Part shown: positions 37,768 to 48,144 of the stretch, piece after piece
How positions within the stretch are numbered: the stretch's first letter is position 1
Layout of the letters: each line of letters starts with the position of its first letter
NCBI GenBank assembly: GCA_965214405.1
Contig: OZ243956.1
Span: 4,192,001-4,256,000 of the forward strand
Direction of reading: 5' to 3'
Length of the DNA stretch: 64,000 bases
DNA from: Trueperaceae bacterium
Lineage (GTDB): Bacteria > Deinococcota > Deinococci > Deinococcales > Trueperaceae
Program-made: the position numbers and the translations under genes
Notes under the pieces: model-generated
What the model was told of the DNA's origin: nothing
What the model saw: the letters and a program-made list of their open reading frames with translations, nothing else
Databases searched by the model: none

Positions 37768-39768
37768 ATGAAGTTAAATTTACTCGAGACGTGGTCGAAA
37801 TATCATGAGGGCGAGGTTCCCTTTGACTTACCTGAAGGCTGGCGGCTGGTCACGCATCAAATGGAAGTCTATGAAGCCCTACGCGACCCTGATATTGATG
37901 TAGTTTTTGACACTGCGATGACAGGGGACGGCAAGACATTGGCGGCTATTCTTCCAGCAGTTTACCAACGTGACACTTTAGATAAGGCGTTATTTGCTTA
38001 TCCGACCAATGAACTTATCCGAGACCAGTTCAAGCAATTCGGCAGTTGGGAAAAAAATTTGGGATTCCAGTTAAGCCGCTACGCACTGGATAGCGCGAGC
38101 TTGACAGCTTACGCGAAAGAGATTGATATCCATAGGAATGTAGCCCTTGAAGACATCGCCTATCTAAACGATGCTGTTCTAACAAATCCAGATATTTTTG
38201 TTCTTTTGCAACGCGCACATTATGACCGACAAAAGACTGCAAGTGCTCGCATCGCGCAAACCTGGCTCAACCAATTTAGATACATTGTCTTGGACGAGTT
38301 CCATATTTTCGGTACACCTCAAGCAACCACTGTTTTAGATGCTATTGCTTTCAGTCGAGCTTCTCTAGGCGATAAATTTGCGTCCAAGTTTTTGTTCCTT
38401 TCTGCTACGCCGAGCGGCATCCTGGTAAGGAAGCTTGAAAACGCAGGACTGAATTTTAGGGAAGTAAAAGGGCAGTATCAGCACGGCGGCGCAGATGAGA
38501 AGAAGTACAGGCGCATTCTTCACGAAGTTGAGCTTGAGCTAACAGAGAACAGTGGGAGCGTAGAGAACTGGGTGGTAGATAACATCGAGTGGATAAAATC
38601 TTTTTTTGAAGAACATCGAGGGACGAAAGGGTTAATCCTTGTCAACGGTTTGGCAGTAGCAAAGCGAACAGCGACCTTCTTGCGAGAGAATTTTGATGGT
38701 ACGGTTGCCGAAAATACGAGCCTGACGGGAAAAGAAGAGAAAGAGGAATCTCTAAAAGCTGATCTAGTCGTTGCGACTTCCACAGTTGACGTAGGCGTAG
38801 ATTTTAGCATCAACTTGCTTATTTTCGAATCTACTGATGCCGGAACATTTATTCAGCGTTTGGGAAGATTAGGAAGACACGACGGCTTTGAAGTTTACAG
38901 AGCGGTAGCACTTTTGCCTGATTGGGCGGTTAATAAGTTTCCTGAGCACTATACCAACGGTCAAGCCATAGATCGTGAAACCTTTTTTGATACGGTGCGC
39001 AATAAGATTTACAGAAAGCCACAAGAATTCTTGAGCTACGTCAAACGTTGGGGTGGGGTATCAGCGGGCATACATCATGCTAAGCTCAATCGGTATCACT
39101 ATCTCACTTTAAGAGAGCGTTATTCTGAAGTTGCTAAACGGCTGCTGGGTAGCTTTGCCTATCCAGCGAGCTTGGCCGAGTTCAAGAATCACCGCTCAAT
39201 AATTCGAGACCTCGAGGCGTTTCGCGGCTCAAGCAGCATAGATGCCTGGGTATTTGATTCTGAAGCCGGTGCTGTCAAGAGCATGAGCATTCTACGGCTG
39301 CTCCGAACAACGGACTTCAAGCTAATAGATGAATCCGAAGCAAGAAGAGTTAGCGAAAATCACGATGTCGCTTTTCATACCAGTGAGATAGGTTTATAGG
39401 CTGAAATCACAAACTACCTTGCCGACTACCGCAGCATCGAACTCGAATTCGGTGGTTACCTCAAAACTTTATCGTTACATGTCGCGCAGCAGCGGCAGGG
39501 CTTCCGAGTACGCGCCAACTACTACGACCTAAAGCGGATCAATCAAAAGCTCGAGCAAACAGCCTTAACTACGTGTGTCGCTGACCCGACTGAGTACGAT
39601 GTCGGTAAGTTGCGACGCTGCTTCACGCTCCCCTTTTTCTTCGATTTACAAGAGGTGCGTGACGACAATGGTAAAGGAGCGACTTATCCTGTTGCATTCA
39701 ACCTTGATGCGCTTTTGCTAGACAGCATGTTGCATTTTCGCCCAACGCGCGAACCCGATTTTGTTTAA
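37768..39768 (+). pseudogene. cas3: Type I-D Cas3' helicase with an in-frame TAG at 39397-39399
   Basis: AMTGDGKT, YPTNELIRDQ, DEFH, LSATP, TSTVDVGVDF, QRLGRLGRH; the same frame stays open for 122 codons after the TAG (ending AFNLDALLLDS...) to TAA 39768. Confidence 0.85.
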
Positions 39769-39778
39769 GGAGACAGTG

Positions 39779-42700
39779 ATGGATACTGATTGGCTTTTTG
39801 ACATAGAGGAAGATATAAGCCAAGAACGAGACGAACTCCCGCAGCCTCCCCTCGTCCGTCTGGCGCTTGACTCTCTGATCATGCCAGAGGACCGGGTACT
39901 GCATGACTGGATAGGGAGGGTGTTTCCTTTCATACTCGACCATCTTAGCCTCGAGGGTGCTAAGGGGCTGAGCATTGAGGCAACTCGCCCACTTATTCCA
40001 GACGGCTTGACAGAGGATAAAGCTGAAGAAATTGTTAAAAAATTTGAGGCACTGGACGATCAAAGTATGGCGGTGCATCTTCTCAATGCGACACTTAGCG
40101 GGTGGTCGCTGGTCAAGCTAGCAAAACTTGATGAAACAGAACAACGCCTCTACTTAGCTGGCGTTACTTTGCACGACCTCAACAAGATCGCTTTAAGCAA
40201 ACTGGGAGAACTTCGCCTCGACGGTGAGGACACTACAAAATATACGCAAAGTTTTGAGGCGTGGGGAACCAAACTTAACCTTTGGGAATTTATTTCTAAA
40301 GGTTATTGGCAGGATGCAGCATTTCTAGCTCAGAACGCCGAGGTTTCTCGAGGAGAAAATCGAACCTTTGCCAATTACCCTGATGCGAAATTGACACCAG
40401 GAAAATTGGAGAAACTTGCCCCCTTTGTGTATTTTGCGGATTTAGCCGCATCAATCGCAAAAAACCCGAAAGATTTACCTGAAGAAACGAGAGCGCAAGA
40501 CATCGTAAGGCGGGTGCTGCGGAATCAGTACGAGCTTACTTATCATAGCACGAGTGACAACCGAGGTTTGTTGACGCAGCTCATCCACAACGCTGTGCTC
40601 GAGAAAGCTACTGAAGTCGAATGGATACCCATTTTGTTTTTTCCCAAAGGCATAACTTACTTGCGGCCAGTGAACGCACTTTCTATAGACCTTGCCCCCG
40701 TACCCCAGCTGGTTCGTAACGCCATAATGATGGTTCTGCGTCCGCGCATTCAGGACTTCATAGTTCATGACCGCACAAAAGCAGCCAGAGGCGGGCAATA
40801 CGACGAAGGAATTCTGGAAATTGCGGATTTACAGACAATATGTTCTACGCTGATCAGCTACATGATTTCCAGGATCGGAGAAAAGTCAAAGATTGTTATT
40901 GGAGAGCGGCGCGAAAAGTTACTAGATAAAGCTCCTAAACTCGCTAACGAGTTGGGTTGGGACTATCCAATACATCGTCACGCAGACATTGTTGCTGAAT
41001 CATTCGCTGCCATCAACCGAGTTGTTGCTAACTACTACAGTAAAAAAGGGAAGGCCAGTTCACAGGAACAGTGCCGTGTGGCCTTGAGGCTCATTCTCGC
41101 TTTGGGAATGAAAGAGCACGCAAAAGCTTGGACAGCGATTGAGAGTAAAGAGTATGCCTCTAGCTTTGGCGGAACTGCTCATGGTTGGTACTACATAGGG
41201 GGGCATTTTGCCAAAAAGCATTCCGCTGTGAGTGACGCCGAGCTTGAGGAGAGGATGAATGCGGCTGTTGACGAAGTTCTGCGGAAGATGGAGAAAATTA
41301 AAAATCCACCGGAAAGCAAAGCGTTCAGTTTCTTAGAAGACTATGTGCCGCAGACTCTACACGTCACCCAAGCGAACGAGCACGCCTTCGCAGGTGAGCT
41401 TGAGGCGTACGAGAAGGGTAAAGCTACAAGTGGGGGGAAGAAAACTATCTGCACGATTTGCAGTGGTACCACTGAAGTCAAGTTGGAGCAGATGGGCTAT
41501 ACCAATCGGCGCGTTGCTAGCATCACAAAGGACTCGAACAAGCGTGGTATCTGTGCCCTTTGTCGGCTCGATCAACTCTTGCTAGGCAAAAACTTAGATT
41601 ACAAGCGTAGTGGTGTAAGTGACAAACGTAAAGAGGCTATTGTCTATTTGCATCTTTACCCCAACTACTTCTTCACACCAGAGACCAGTAGATTGATGAA
41701 CCGCGCTTATGAAGACTTTGCGGCGAGTCGGTTTAGCAACATCGAAGGAGAAATGCGGGAGCACAACTACAGAGCAAACTGGCTCGTAAGAGCGGACATT
41801 TTTCGAATACATGAAGACCCTAGCAGGGGAAAGCGATTTTCGACAGAAAAGCTCGAGTACCCACCGCACCACCTTTGCAGCTACTTTCTGACTGGATTAC
41901 CTTTCACAGACCCCAAAGGTCCAGACGCCAACATCACTGACACAGAAACTTGGGCGATGCCCGCCCTTTTAGCACTTTTCACGCCAATTGTTTTTGGCAC
42001 AAAGGTTGTGGCAAGTCGCTCAGCGCTGCCACCCTTTGATTCGGGAGGAGACTTTAGGGAGACAGTAGTGCTGGATGAGATACATCCTTTTTGGAAACAT
42101 GGAATGCGGTTGGAGCGTTTGCGCCTTGACCAGCTTGCTTTAGCAGTTCCTGCTGCGCTTTCTCTTTATTCTATTATCAGCCAAACCTCTACACGTCAGA
42201 CTGAAAAAGGAGACGTTACAAGCTGGAACATGTTGAATGAAGCCACTAGGAAAGTTGCAACGGGTCCTCTTTCACTTTTTAGCTACGCAGATCGTATAAG
42301 TCAGCAGCAAAGTAGGAGGGGGGGAGTAGTAACGACGACAAGTGGAATGAGACCTCAGCTAGCCAACCGTCTAGTTGGATATTATGAGCATTTAACCAGC
42401 TACTACACCAAGTATAAGTTAGGGGATACATCATCTATGAATCTAGTTCGTGACCTTGTTGAGAGCTACACCAAGTTCTATCAAGCAAGCGGTTTCGCCG
42501 CTTACGCGCGGGTACGCCCGCTAGATATAGCTATCAAAGCCACATTAGATATACCTCCTAGCTTGGATAAAGACGAGGAGAGCTTCAAGTTACAAATTAC
42601 AGGGCGACTTCTCAAAATGCTCCAAGGCATTCGAAGTGACGCTGTAAAGGGATACTTACCAGGTTCTCTGTGGAAAAATGAACACGAACGCATCGAACCT

Positions 42701-42898
42701 GTCGAAAACTTTGTAGACCTGTTTTTCCAAAGAGTTTTTCGAGAGTATTGTCAAGGTGAAAGAGCGTTGCTGAGGGAGAGATCTAATCTTCTCAGAAATG
42801 GTTGCGAGGCCTACTACGTGAAAAAGTATGGCAAGCAGGCTGATAAATCTTCGCAAAATGAACCGCCGAAACAGGAGAACCACAATGAAAACATTTGA
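39779..42898 (+). CDS. cas10d: Cas10d (Csc3) large subunit with HD nuclease domain
   Basis: DQSMAVHLLNA, TLHDLNK (HD), DNRGLLTQLIHN, CTIC..CALC zinc finger, YLHLYPNYFFTPET. Confidence 0.92.
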   Translation: MDTDWLFDIEEDISQERDELPQPPLVRLALDSLIMPEDRVLHDWIGRVFPFILDHLSLEGAKGLSIEATRPLIPDGLTEDKAEEIVKKFEALDDQSMAVHLLNATLSGWSLVKLAKLDETEQRLYLAGVTLHDLNKIALSKLGELRLDGEDTTKYTQSFEAWGTKLNLWEFISKGYWQDAAFLAQNAEVSRGENRTFANYPDAKLTPGKLEKLAPFVYFADLAASIAKNPKDLPEETRAQDIVRRVLRNQYELTYHSTSDNRGLLTQLIHNAVLEKATEVEWIPILFFPKGITYLRPVNALSIDLAPVPQLVRNAIMMVLRPRIQDFIVHDRTKAARGGQYDEGILEIADLQTICSTLISYMISRIGEKSKIVIGERREKLLDKAPKLANELGWDYPIHRHADIVAESFAAINRVVANYYSKKGKASSQEQCRVALRLILALGMKEHAKAWTAIESKEYASSFGGTAHGWYYIGGHFAKKHSAVSDAELEERMNAAVDEVLRKMEKIKNPPESKAFSFLEDYVPQTLHVTQANEHAFAGELEAYEKGKATSGGKKTICTICSGTTEVKLEQMGYTNRRVASITKDSNKRGICALCRLDQLLLGKNLDYKRSGVSDKRKEAIVYLHLYPNYFFTPETSRLMNRAYEDFAASRFSNIEGEMREHNYRANWLVRADIFRIHEDPSRGKRFSTEKLEYPPHHLCSYFLTGLPFTDPKGPDANITDTETWAMPALLALFTPIVFGTKVVASRSALPPFDSGGDFRETVVLDEIHPFWKHGMRLERLRLDQLALAVPAALSLYSIISQTSTRQTEKGDVTSWNMLNEATRKVATGPLSLFSYADRISQQQSRRGGVVTTTSGMRPQLANRLVGYYEHLTSYYTKYKLGDTSSMNLVRDLVESYTKFYQASGFAAYARVRPLDIAIKATLDIPPSLDKDEESFKLQITGRLLKMLQGIRSDAVKGYLPGSLWKNEHERIEPVENFVDLFFQRVFREYCQGERALLRERSNLLRNGCEAYYVKKYGKQADKSSQNEPPKQENHNENI

Positions 42899-43829
42899 TA
42901 TCTACAAAGACCACTTCCAGGAGCGTATTCCGCTGCGCCCCGGTGCCAAGTATGCGCACGTCATCGTGCTCCGCAAAACCGAGAGCTATGCGGTATTTAA
43001 GACCGACGGCGAACTCAACACGGCTCGAGTCCGCGCGGGCGTAGAGGACCAAACGCTCATGACCCGCCTCACCATCTTCAAGCGTAAGCAAACCACGCCC
43101 GAACGCCTTACGGGGCGCGCCCTTTTACGCCGCTACGACCTCCTACCCGAAGAGGACGTTTACAACCAGAAGTTCACGCCCGACTCGCCTGACTCGGTTC
43201 TTTACGGCTACGCTATCGGCGACAGCGGTTCCGAAAAGTCCAAAGTTTATGTGGACACGGCGTACTCGCTCACCTCATATGACAAATCGCACGAGACGAT
43301 GACGCTGAACGCCCCCTTTGAGGACGGCACGATGACGCAGGGCAGCACCACGACCAACCGTTTTAGCGAACAAGACCACGTCATCCCCGAGATTTATTTC
43401 CCCAGCGTTGTTACCTTGCGCGACCCCACGCCCAACGGTCTCGCGTACGTTCTTAACAATATCCGCCGCACCAAACGTTACGGTGCCCAAACGACGCGCA
43501 CGGGGCGCGTTCACAATGAAATACTCGCGCTCATTTTTGCCGACGGCGAAATCTTCAGCAACCTGCGGTTGGTTCAAGCGGTGCATGACAAATTGGATGG
43601 CGAAGAAAATCCCGATCTAAATACTGTTGTTGCCGATGTGGCTCGAGACCTCGTGCAGCAAGACGGGGTTATTTCTGCGATGGTCGAAGGCGAAGCGTTA
43701 AAGGGGATTCTCACCGATTTGGGCGAAACGTTCACGGACAGCGAAAAGCTGCGAGCGTTCCTTACAGCACTATGTGAAGACACCAAAGACTACGCTAAAC
43801 GCGTCGAGGAAAACGCCAAGAAAAGATAA
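42885..43829 (+). CDS. cas7: Cas7d (Csc2) backbone subunit
   Basis: FKRKQTTPERLTGR, LYGYAIGD, KSKVYVDTAYS, RYGAQTTRTG; AGGAG RBS. Confidence 0.92.
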   Translation: MKTFDIYKDHFQERIPLRPGAKYAHVIVLRKTESYAVFKTDGELNTARVRAGVEDQTLMTRLTIFKRKQTTPERLTGRALLRRYDLLPEEDVYNQKFTPDSPDSVLYGYAIGDSGSEKSKVYVDTAYSLTSYDKSHETMTLNAPFEDGTMTQGSTTTNRFSEQDHVIPEIYFPSVVTLRDPTPNGLAYVLNNIRRTKRYGAQTTRTGRVHNEILALIFADGEIFSNLRLVQAVHDKLDGEENPDLNTVVADVARDLVQQDGVISAMVEGEALKGILTDLGETFTDSEKLRAFLTALCEDTKDYAKRVEENAKKR

Positions 43830-43831
43830 CC

Positions 43832-44494
43832 ATGCACGCGTACCAGTTGACCATCAAGCTTCACGACCTCCTGTTCTACGCGTCTCGTGAACTGGGACGC
43901 ACCTATATCAGTGAGCGGTACTTACACAATTACGCCCTCACTTACGCCCTTGGTTTCGCCACAAGCAGCTACCACGACAGCGTTCAAGTTCCTCATTACC
44001 GTGAGGATTTAGAATCGCTTAACGAGCTCGGGGTCTACGTGACCCCGGCCAAACCCATCAGAATGGAAACTGCGCAGCACACCTTCAAGTTTGCCGATAA
44101 CCGCTACTCGGTCAAGATGGAACCGTCGAGCGTTAACATTCCCACCTTTGGGAGGGTGCGTGAGGTGATGCCCGAATCCTCTTATGAAGCCTTTGTCCTC
44201 GCGCAAGAACCGCAAATGTTGCCCCGCTGGATTCGCTTAGGCAAGTGGCTTAGCAAAGCGGCTGTTCACGCCGAAGAGCTTGAAGTGAGCGAAGGTCAGG
44301 GCGATTTCATTTCGCAGCATCCGCTCAACAGGCTCGACGTGCCTCCTGAAACCGACGTCAAACTCTATGACCTCATCAATATGCCGCCCGTTTCACTTAT
44401 AGAACATGCTCGTCTTCATGGCGCGTTCTACCGTTTGAAAAAAGAGAATAAGGAAATTACCCTGTTACCTAAAGGTTTGGCTTATACGTTCTGA
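43832..44494 (+). CDS. cas5: Cas5d (Csc1)
   Basis: YASRELG, YLHNYALTYALG, GVYVTPA, PRWIRLGKW, DLINMPP. Confidence 0.92.
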   Translation: MHAYQLTIKLHDLLFYASRELGRTYISERYLHNYALTYALGFATSSYHDSVQVPHYREDLESLNELGVYVTPAKPIRMETAQHTFKFADNRYSVKMEPSSVNIPTFGRVREVMPESSYEAFVLAQEPQMLPRWIRLGKWLSKAAVHAEELEVSEGQGDFISQHPLNRLDVPPETDVKLYDLINMPPVSLIEHARLHGAFYRLKKENKEITLLPKGLAYTF

Positions 44495-45282
44495 TGCCCC
44501 ACGCCTTCCTCCTCCACCTCACCCCCACCACCCACACCCCCACCCACCCCTACCTCCACCACTACACCCACGGCCTCTTCTACCACCTCCTAGAAACCGT
44601 CAACCCCACCCTAAGCGCCCACATCCACGCCGCCACGCGCAACCCCTTCACCCTCTGGGCCAGAGAAGAGCGGGGCGGTATCTTGCTGCGCGTCACTATT
44701 TTGGATGACGCGCTTTTTCAGCCGCTCTTGAGCGCCACCTTGCAAGAATCCTTGACCGGCCTCGAGCTGGGCCACGACCGGTACCGCGTGGCTAGGGTCT
44801 TAGCCACACCCGAGGGTCACCGGGACGCGGGCTTCTTAGGCTGGGAGGATGTCTTGTGCGCGCCTCCCACTGACAGGCTCGAGCTACACTTTCTTACCCC
44901 CACGGTCTTCGCCACCTCGAAAAACGACAAGCGCCTCTACACGCCGTTGCCCCTGCCCAGACTCGTTTTGAAAAGTTTGCTGACGGCCTTTCAGCGCTAT
45001 AGCCCCAGGCCCTACAGCGAACCGGAGGTGGGCGCGCTCGAGGAGGCCTTTGACGAGGTGGTCGTCCTGCGCCACGACATTGAGACGCGCCTCCACAAGG
45101 CGGGCAAGGCCAGATTAACGGGCTTCGTGGGGAGCGCCACCTTGCGTTACACCGACTCGGCGGTGGCGGTTGACAAGGTGCTGGGGCGGTTGGGGCAGCT
45201 CGCCTTTTTTAGCGGCGTGGGGGCCAAAACGCCTTATGGGATGGGGCAGGTTCGGGTGGTTCGGGTGCAAAGCGTTAAGTAG
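44494..45282 (+). CDS. cas6: Cas6 endoribonuclease
   Basis: FLTPTVF, PLPLP, GFVG, C-terminal Gly loop FSGVGAKTPYGMGQ. Confidence 0.92.
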   Translation: MPHAFLLHLTPTTHTPTHPYLHHYTHGLFYHLLETVNPTLSAHIHAATRNPFTLWAREERGGILLRVTILDDALFQPLLSATLQESLTGLELGHDRYRVARVLATPEGHRDAGFLGWEDVLCAPPTDRLELHFLTPTVFATSKNDKRLYTPLPLPRLVLKSLLTAFQRYSPRPYSEPEVGALEEAFDEVVVLRHDIETRLHKAGKARLTGFVGSATLRYTDSAVAVDKVLGRLGQLAFFSGVGAKTPYGMGQVRVVRVQSVK

Positions 45283-45314
45283 CGCGCAGCTCCGAAAAGC
45301 CCTATGATGAGCGT

Positions 45315-45551
45315 ATGAGCGAAGCCGAGCTGCTAAACCGCATCACCCTCGACCCCGAGGTCTGTCACGGCAAGCCCTGTATTCGGGGGCTCAGGTATCC
45401 GGTCGAGACGATGCTGGAACTTTTGGGGAGCGGCATGTCGTTCGCCGAGATTCTGGTCGACTATGAAGACCTCGAGCGTGAAGACTTGCAGGCGGTTTTG
45501 GCCTACGCTACAAGACTCAGCCGGGTGAAACGCACGATTCCTGTGGCGTGA
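45315..45551 (+). CDS. DUF433-family antitoxin
   Basis: RITLDPEVCHGKPCIRGLRYPV...DYEDLEREDL. Confidence 0.9.
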   Translation: MSEAELLNRITLDPEVCHGKPCIRGLRYPVETMLELLGSGMSFAEILVDYEDLEREDLQAVLAYATRLSRVKRTIPVA

Positions 45552-45919
45552 GCCGTTTTTTGATCGACGCCCAGTTGCCTCGGCGTTTGGCGCGGATGAT
45601 GAAGGCGGCTGGCCTGGACGCCCTTCATACGCTGGACCTACCCGGCGGAAACAGGACAAAGGATTCGGAGATGAATGCCCTCTCGTTAGATGAGAAACGA
45701 ATCGTCGTCACGAAAGATGCCGACTTCGTCCAATCTTTCTTGCTACAGGGTCGCCCCCACAAACTCTTACTGGTCAGTACGGGCAATATCAGTAATAATG
45801 ACTTGCTCACACTGTTCGAGGCAAAGTTGACCCCGATGGTTGAGAGCTTTGAAACGGTTGACTTTGTTGAGCTGACCCGAGAGTTCCTTATCCTCCACGG
45901 TGCAGAAGACCTGCCATAA
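45548..45919 (+). CDS. DUF5615 PIN-like toxin
   Basis: RFLIDAQLP, DALHT, IVVTKDADF, GNISN. Confidence 0.85.
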   Translation: MSRFLIDAQLPRRLARMMKAAGLDALHTLDLPGGNRTKDSEMNALSLDEKRIVVTKDADFVQSFLLQGRPHKLLLVSTGNISNNDLLTLFEAKLTPMVESFETVDFVELTREFLILHGAEDLP

Positions 45920-46117
45920 GTTGTTGTAAGCTTTCCGGCCAGTGTCAGGGCGAGAGTTTGCGTTTAGGACCGTCCACGCCCCCAAATTGGCACGTTGGGG
46001 GAGGCCGAAGCGTCTCCGACGGTGCGCCAGTCTCCTTCGTTGGAATCTCATTGGAAGGTCGTTCTCTATAGTTTTTCAGGGGGCTATCCCTGTTACCCCT
46101 GTTACGGAGGCGAGACC

Positions 46118-46675
46118 TTGGATTACCTGCCCATCAGCAAAGTCAACACGGTCGTTTTCTGCGCGCGCCGCTACTACATCGAGGGGCTTTTGGCGGACAC
46201 CGTGACGAACCACCACATGACCGAGGGCAGCGCCCTGCACGAGCGGACGAAGCGCGAGGGCGAAGGCGTCTGGGTGTGGAGCGACGTTTTGGGCTTGAGC
46301 GGCGTTATCGACCGGGTCACGTGTGAAGACGGCGACTGGGTCATTACCGAGTTCAAAAAGGGTTACTTGGCCGACCACAAAAGCGACCAGGTCCAGCTTT
46401 GCGCCCTGGCGATGTGTTTTGAGGAGGTTCACGGGGTTGGGCTCACGCACGGCTATATCTACTACCACCGCACCCGCAGGCGGCTCGAGGTCCCCTACAC
46501 CCCCGAACTGCGCCGGGAGGTCACGGACGCCGTGGCGCTGATGCGGCGGCTTGCAGCCCAAGATACCTACCCGCCCGTTATCGACAACCCAAACAAGTGC
46601 CGCGGTTGCAGCGTGCGCGAAAGTTGTCAACCCGCGCTGACGCGCACGCGTTTGCCGCGCTGGAAGGGGGCGTAA
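46118..46675 (+). CDS. cas4: Cas4
   Basis: GGAGG RBS with TTG start; FCARR, GVIDRV, EFKKG, QLCALAMC, CRGCSVRESC. Confidence 0.92.
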   Translation: MDYLPISKVNTVVFCARRYYIEGLLADTVTNHHMTEGSALHERTKREGEGVWVWSDVLGLSGVIDRVTCEDGDWVITEFKKGYLADHKSDQVQLCALAMCFEEVHGVGLTHGYIYYHRTRRRLEVPYTPELRREVTDAVALMRRLAAQDTYPPVIDNPNKCRGCSVRESCQPALTRTRLPRWKGA

Positions 46676-47643
46676 TGGGAACGCTTTATGTGCTCGAGCC
46701 CGACGTGTATCTCTCCAAAGACGGCGGGGTCTTGAAGGTCACGCGCAAGCGCGAGACGCTGCTCGAGCGCCCCCTGGCCCACGTGTCCGACGTGGTGATT
46801 TTAGGCCGCGCCACGGTCAGCGCCGGGGCGGTGCAGGCCTGCGCCGAGCAGGGCACCGCCATTCACTACCTGAGCCGGGGCGGCAAGTATCTGGCGCAAA
46901 TCGCGCCCGTTGAGAACAAAAACGTGCCGGTCAGAATCAAACAGTACGAAGCTTACCTAGACCCGCAGCGGAAGCACGCGCTGGCGCGGCGCTTCGTCGA
47001 GGGCAAGGTCCACAACGCCGTTGTCTTCGCGCGGCGCGGCGGGGCCGACGTTGCTGAACTCAACGCGCTCGTCAAGCCCATCGAACGCTGTCAGGAGACC
47101 GAGTCTTTGCGTGGCTTAGAGGGCAACGCGGCCAGGCTCTACTTCGGCCTCCTTAAAGACAAGTTCCCCGCCGCCTTCGCCCCCGACGCCCGCAGCAAAC
47201 GCCCCCCGCGCGACCCGGCGAACAGCCTCCTGTCTCTCGCCTACACCTTTTTGTCGAAAGAGTGCGGGACGGCGCTCCGCGTCGCCGGGCTCGACCCCTA
47301 CGTCGGCTACCTCCACGAGGCCAAGTACGGTCGGCCCGCCCTGGCGCTCGACCTGATGGAGGAGTTCCGCTCGATTCTCGCGGACTCGGTTACCTTAACG
47401 CTTTTCAACCGGGGCATGATAACGGAAGAAATGTTCGAAGAGAGCCGCGGCTACCCCACCCTGACCGACGACGGCTTCAAGCAGTTCTTGCGGGCCTGGG
47501 AGGACCGGCTCAACCAACAGGTCAAACACCCCCACCTAAACCAGAAGCTCGACTACCGCCAGATTATGCTGGCCCAGGCGCGCATCTTGGGCAAGCACCT
47601 CATGGGCGAGCTGCCCGAATACCTGCCCTTTACCGTGCGCTAA
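46675..47643 (+). CDS. cas1: Cas1
   Basis: MGTLYV, LRGLEGNAARLYF, RPPRDPANSLLS, GLDPYVGYLH, ALALDLMEEFR. Confidence 0.97.
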   Translation: MGTLYVLEPDVYLSKDGGVLKVTRKRETLLERPLAHVSDVVILGRATVSAGAVQACAEQGTAIHYLSRGGKYLAQIAPVENKNVPVRIKQYEAYLDPQRKHALARRFVEGKVHNAVVFARRGGADVAELNALVKPIERCQETESLRGLEGNAARLYFGLLKDKFPAAFAPDARSKRPPRDPANSLLSLAYTFLSKECGTALRVAGLDPYVGYLHEAKYGRPALALDLMEEFRSILADSVTLTLFNRGMITEEMFEESRGYPTLTDDGFKQFLRAWEDRLNQQVKHPHLNQKLDYRQIMLAQARILGKHLMGELPEYLPFTVR

Positions 47644-47921
47644 TGTTTTACCTCATCATCGCCTACGACACGCCCAGCGACAAGCGGCGCAACAAAATCG
47701 TCAAGGTTCTAAAACGCTTTGGGGAGAGGCGGCAGTACAGCCTTTTCGAAGCGCGCGTCAACCGCGACCAGTTGGCGACCCTCAAAAGAGACCTCGCCAA
47801 GTACGCCGATGAAGCGGAAGACACGCTGGCTATCTATTTCCTAACGCCGGAGAGCTTGGCGCGCACCGTACGCATCGGGCACAGCGCCTTGAAACCTTTA
47901 GAGGAGCCCGATTTTGTCTAG
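47643..47921 (+). CDS. cas2: Cas2
   Basis: IIAYDTPSDKRRNKIVKVLKRFGERRQYSLFE. Confidence 0.95.
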   Translation: MFYLIIAYDTPSDKRRNKIVKVLKRFGERRQYSLFEARVNRDQLATLKRDLAKYADEAEDTLAIYFLTPESLARTVRIGHSALKPLEEPDFV

Positions 47922-48144
47922 CGAGCGTAGGAGCACCTCGAGCCCTCCCTTTGCCCTGAAAGCCGGTAAACGCGTTCAGCACGGGCGGTTTCGTGCTTCA
48001 CCCCTAAAAGAGGTGCTCGCACGCGTCCCAGACGCTAAAATCTCCTTGGGTGCATCTAAGTGGTTTCATTTTGATACACTTGCGAAGCGGTTGCTCGCAG
48101 GGTCTTTGGGAAGCGCCTTTTTCAAGGGTCGGAAAGTGGCCGCA
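47922..48144 (+). promoter_or_regulatory. Leader of array 2
   Basis: Between cas2 and the first repeat; shares motifs with the array 1 leader. Confidence 0.8.

Noticed and set aside
39397..39399. Amber recoding or readthrough in cas3
   Set aside because: TAG ends ordinary genes in the window (cas6, cas2); no recoding evidence
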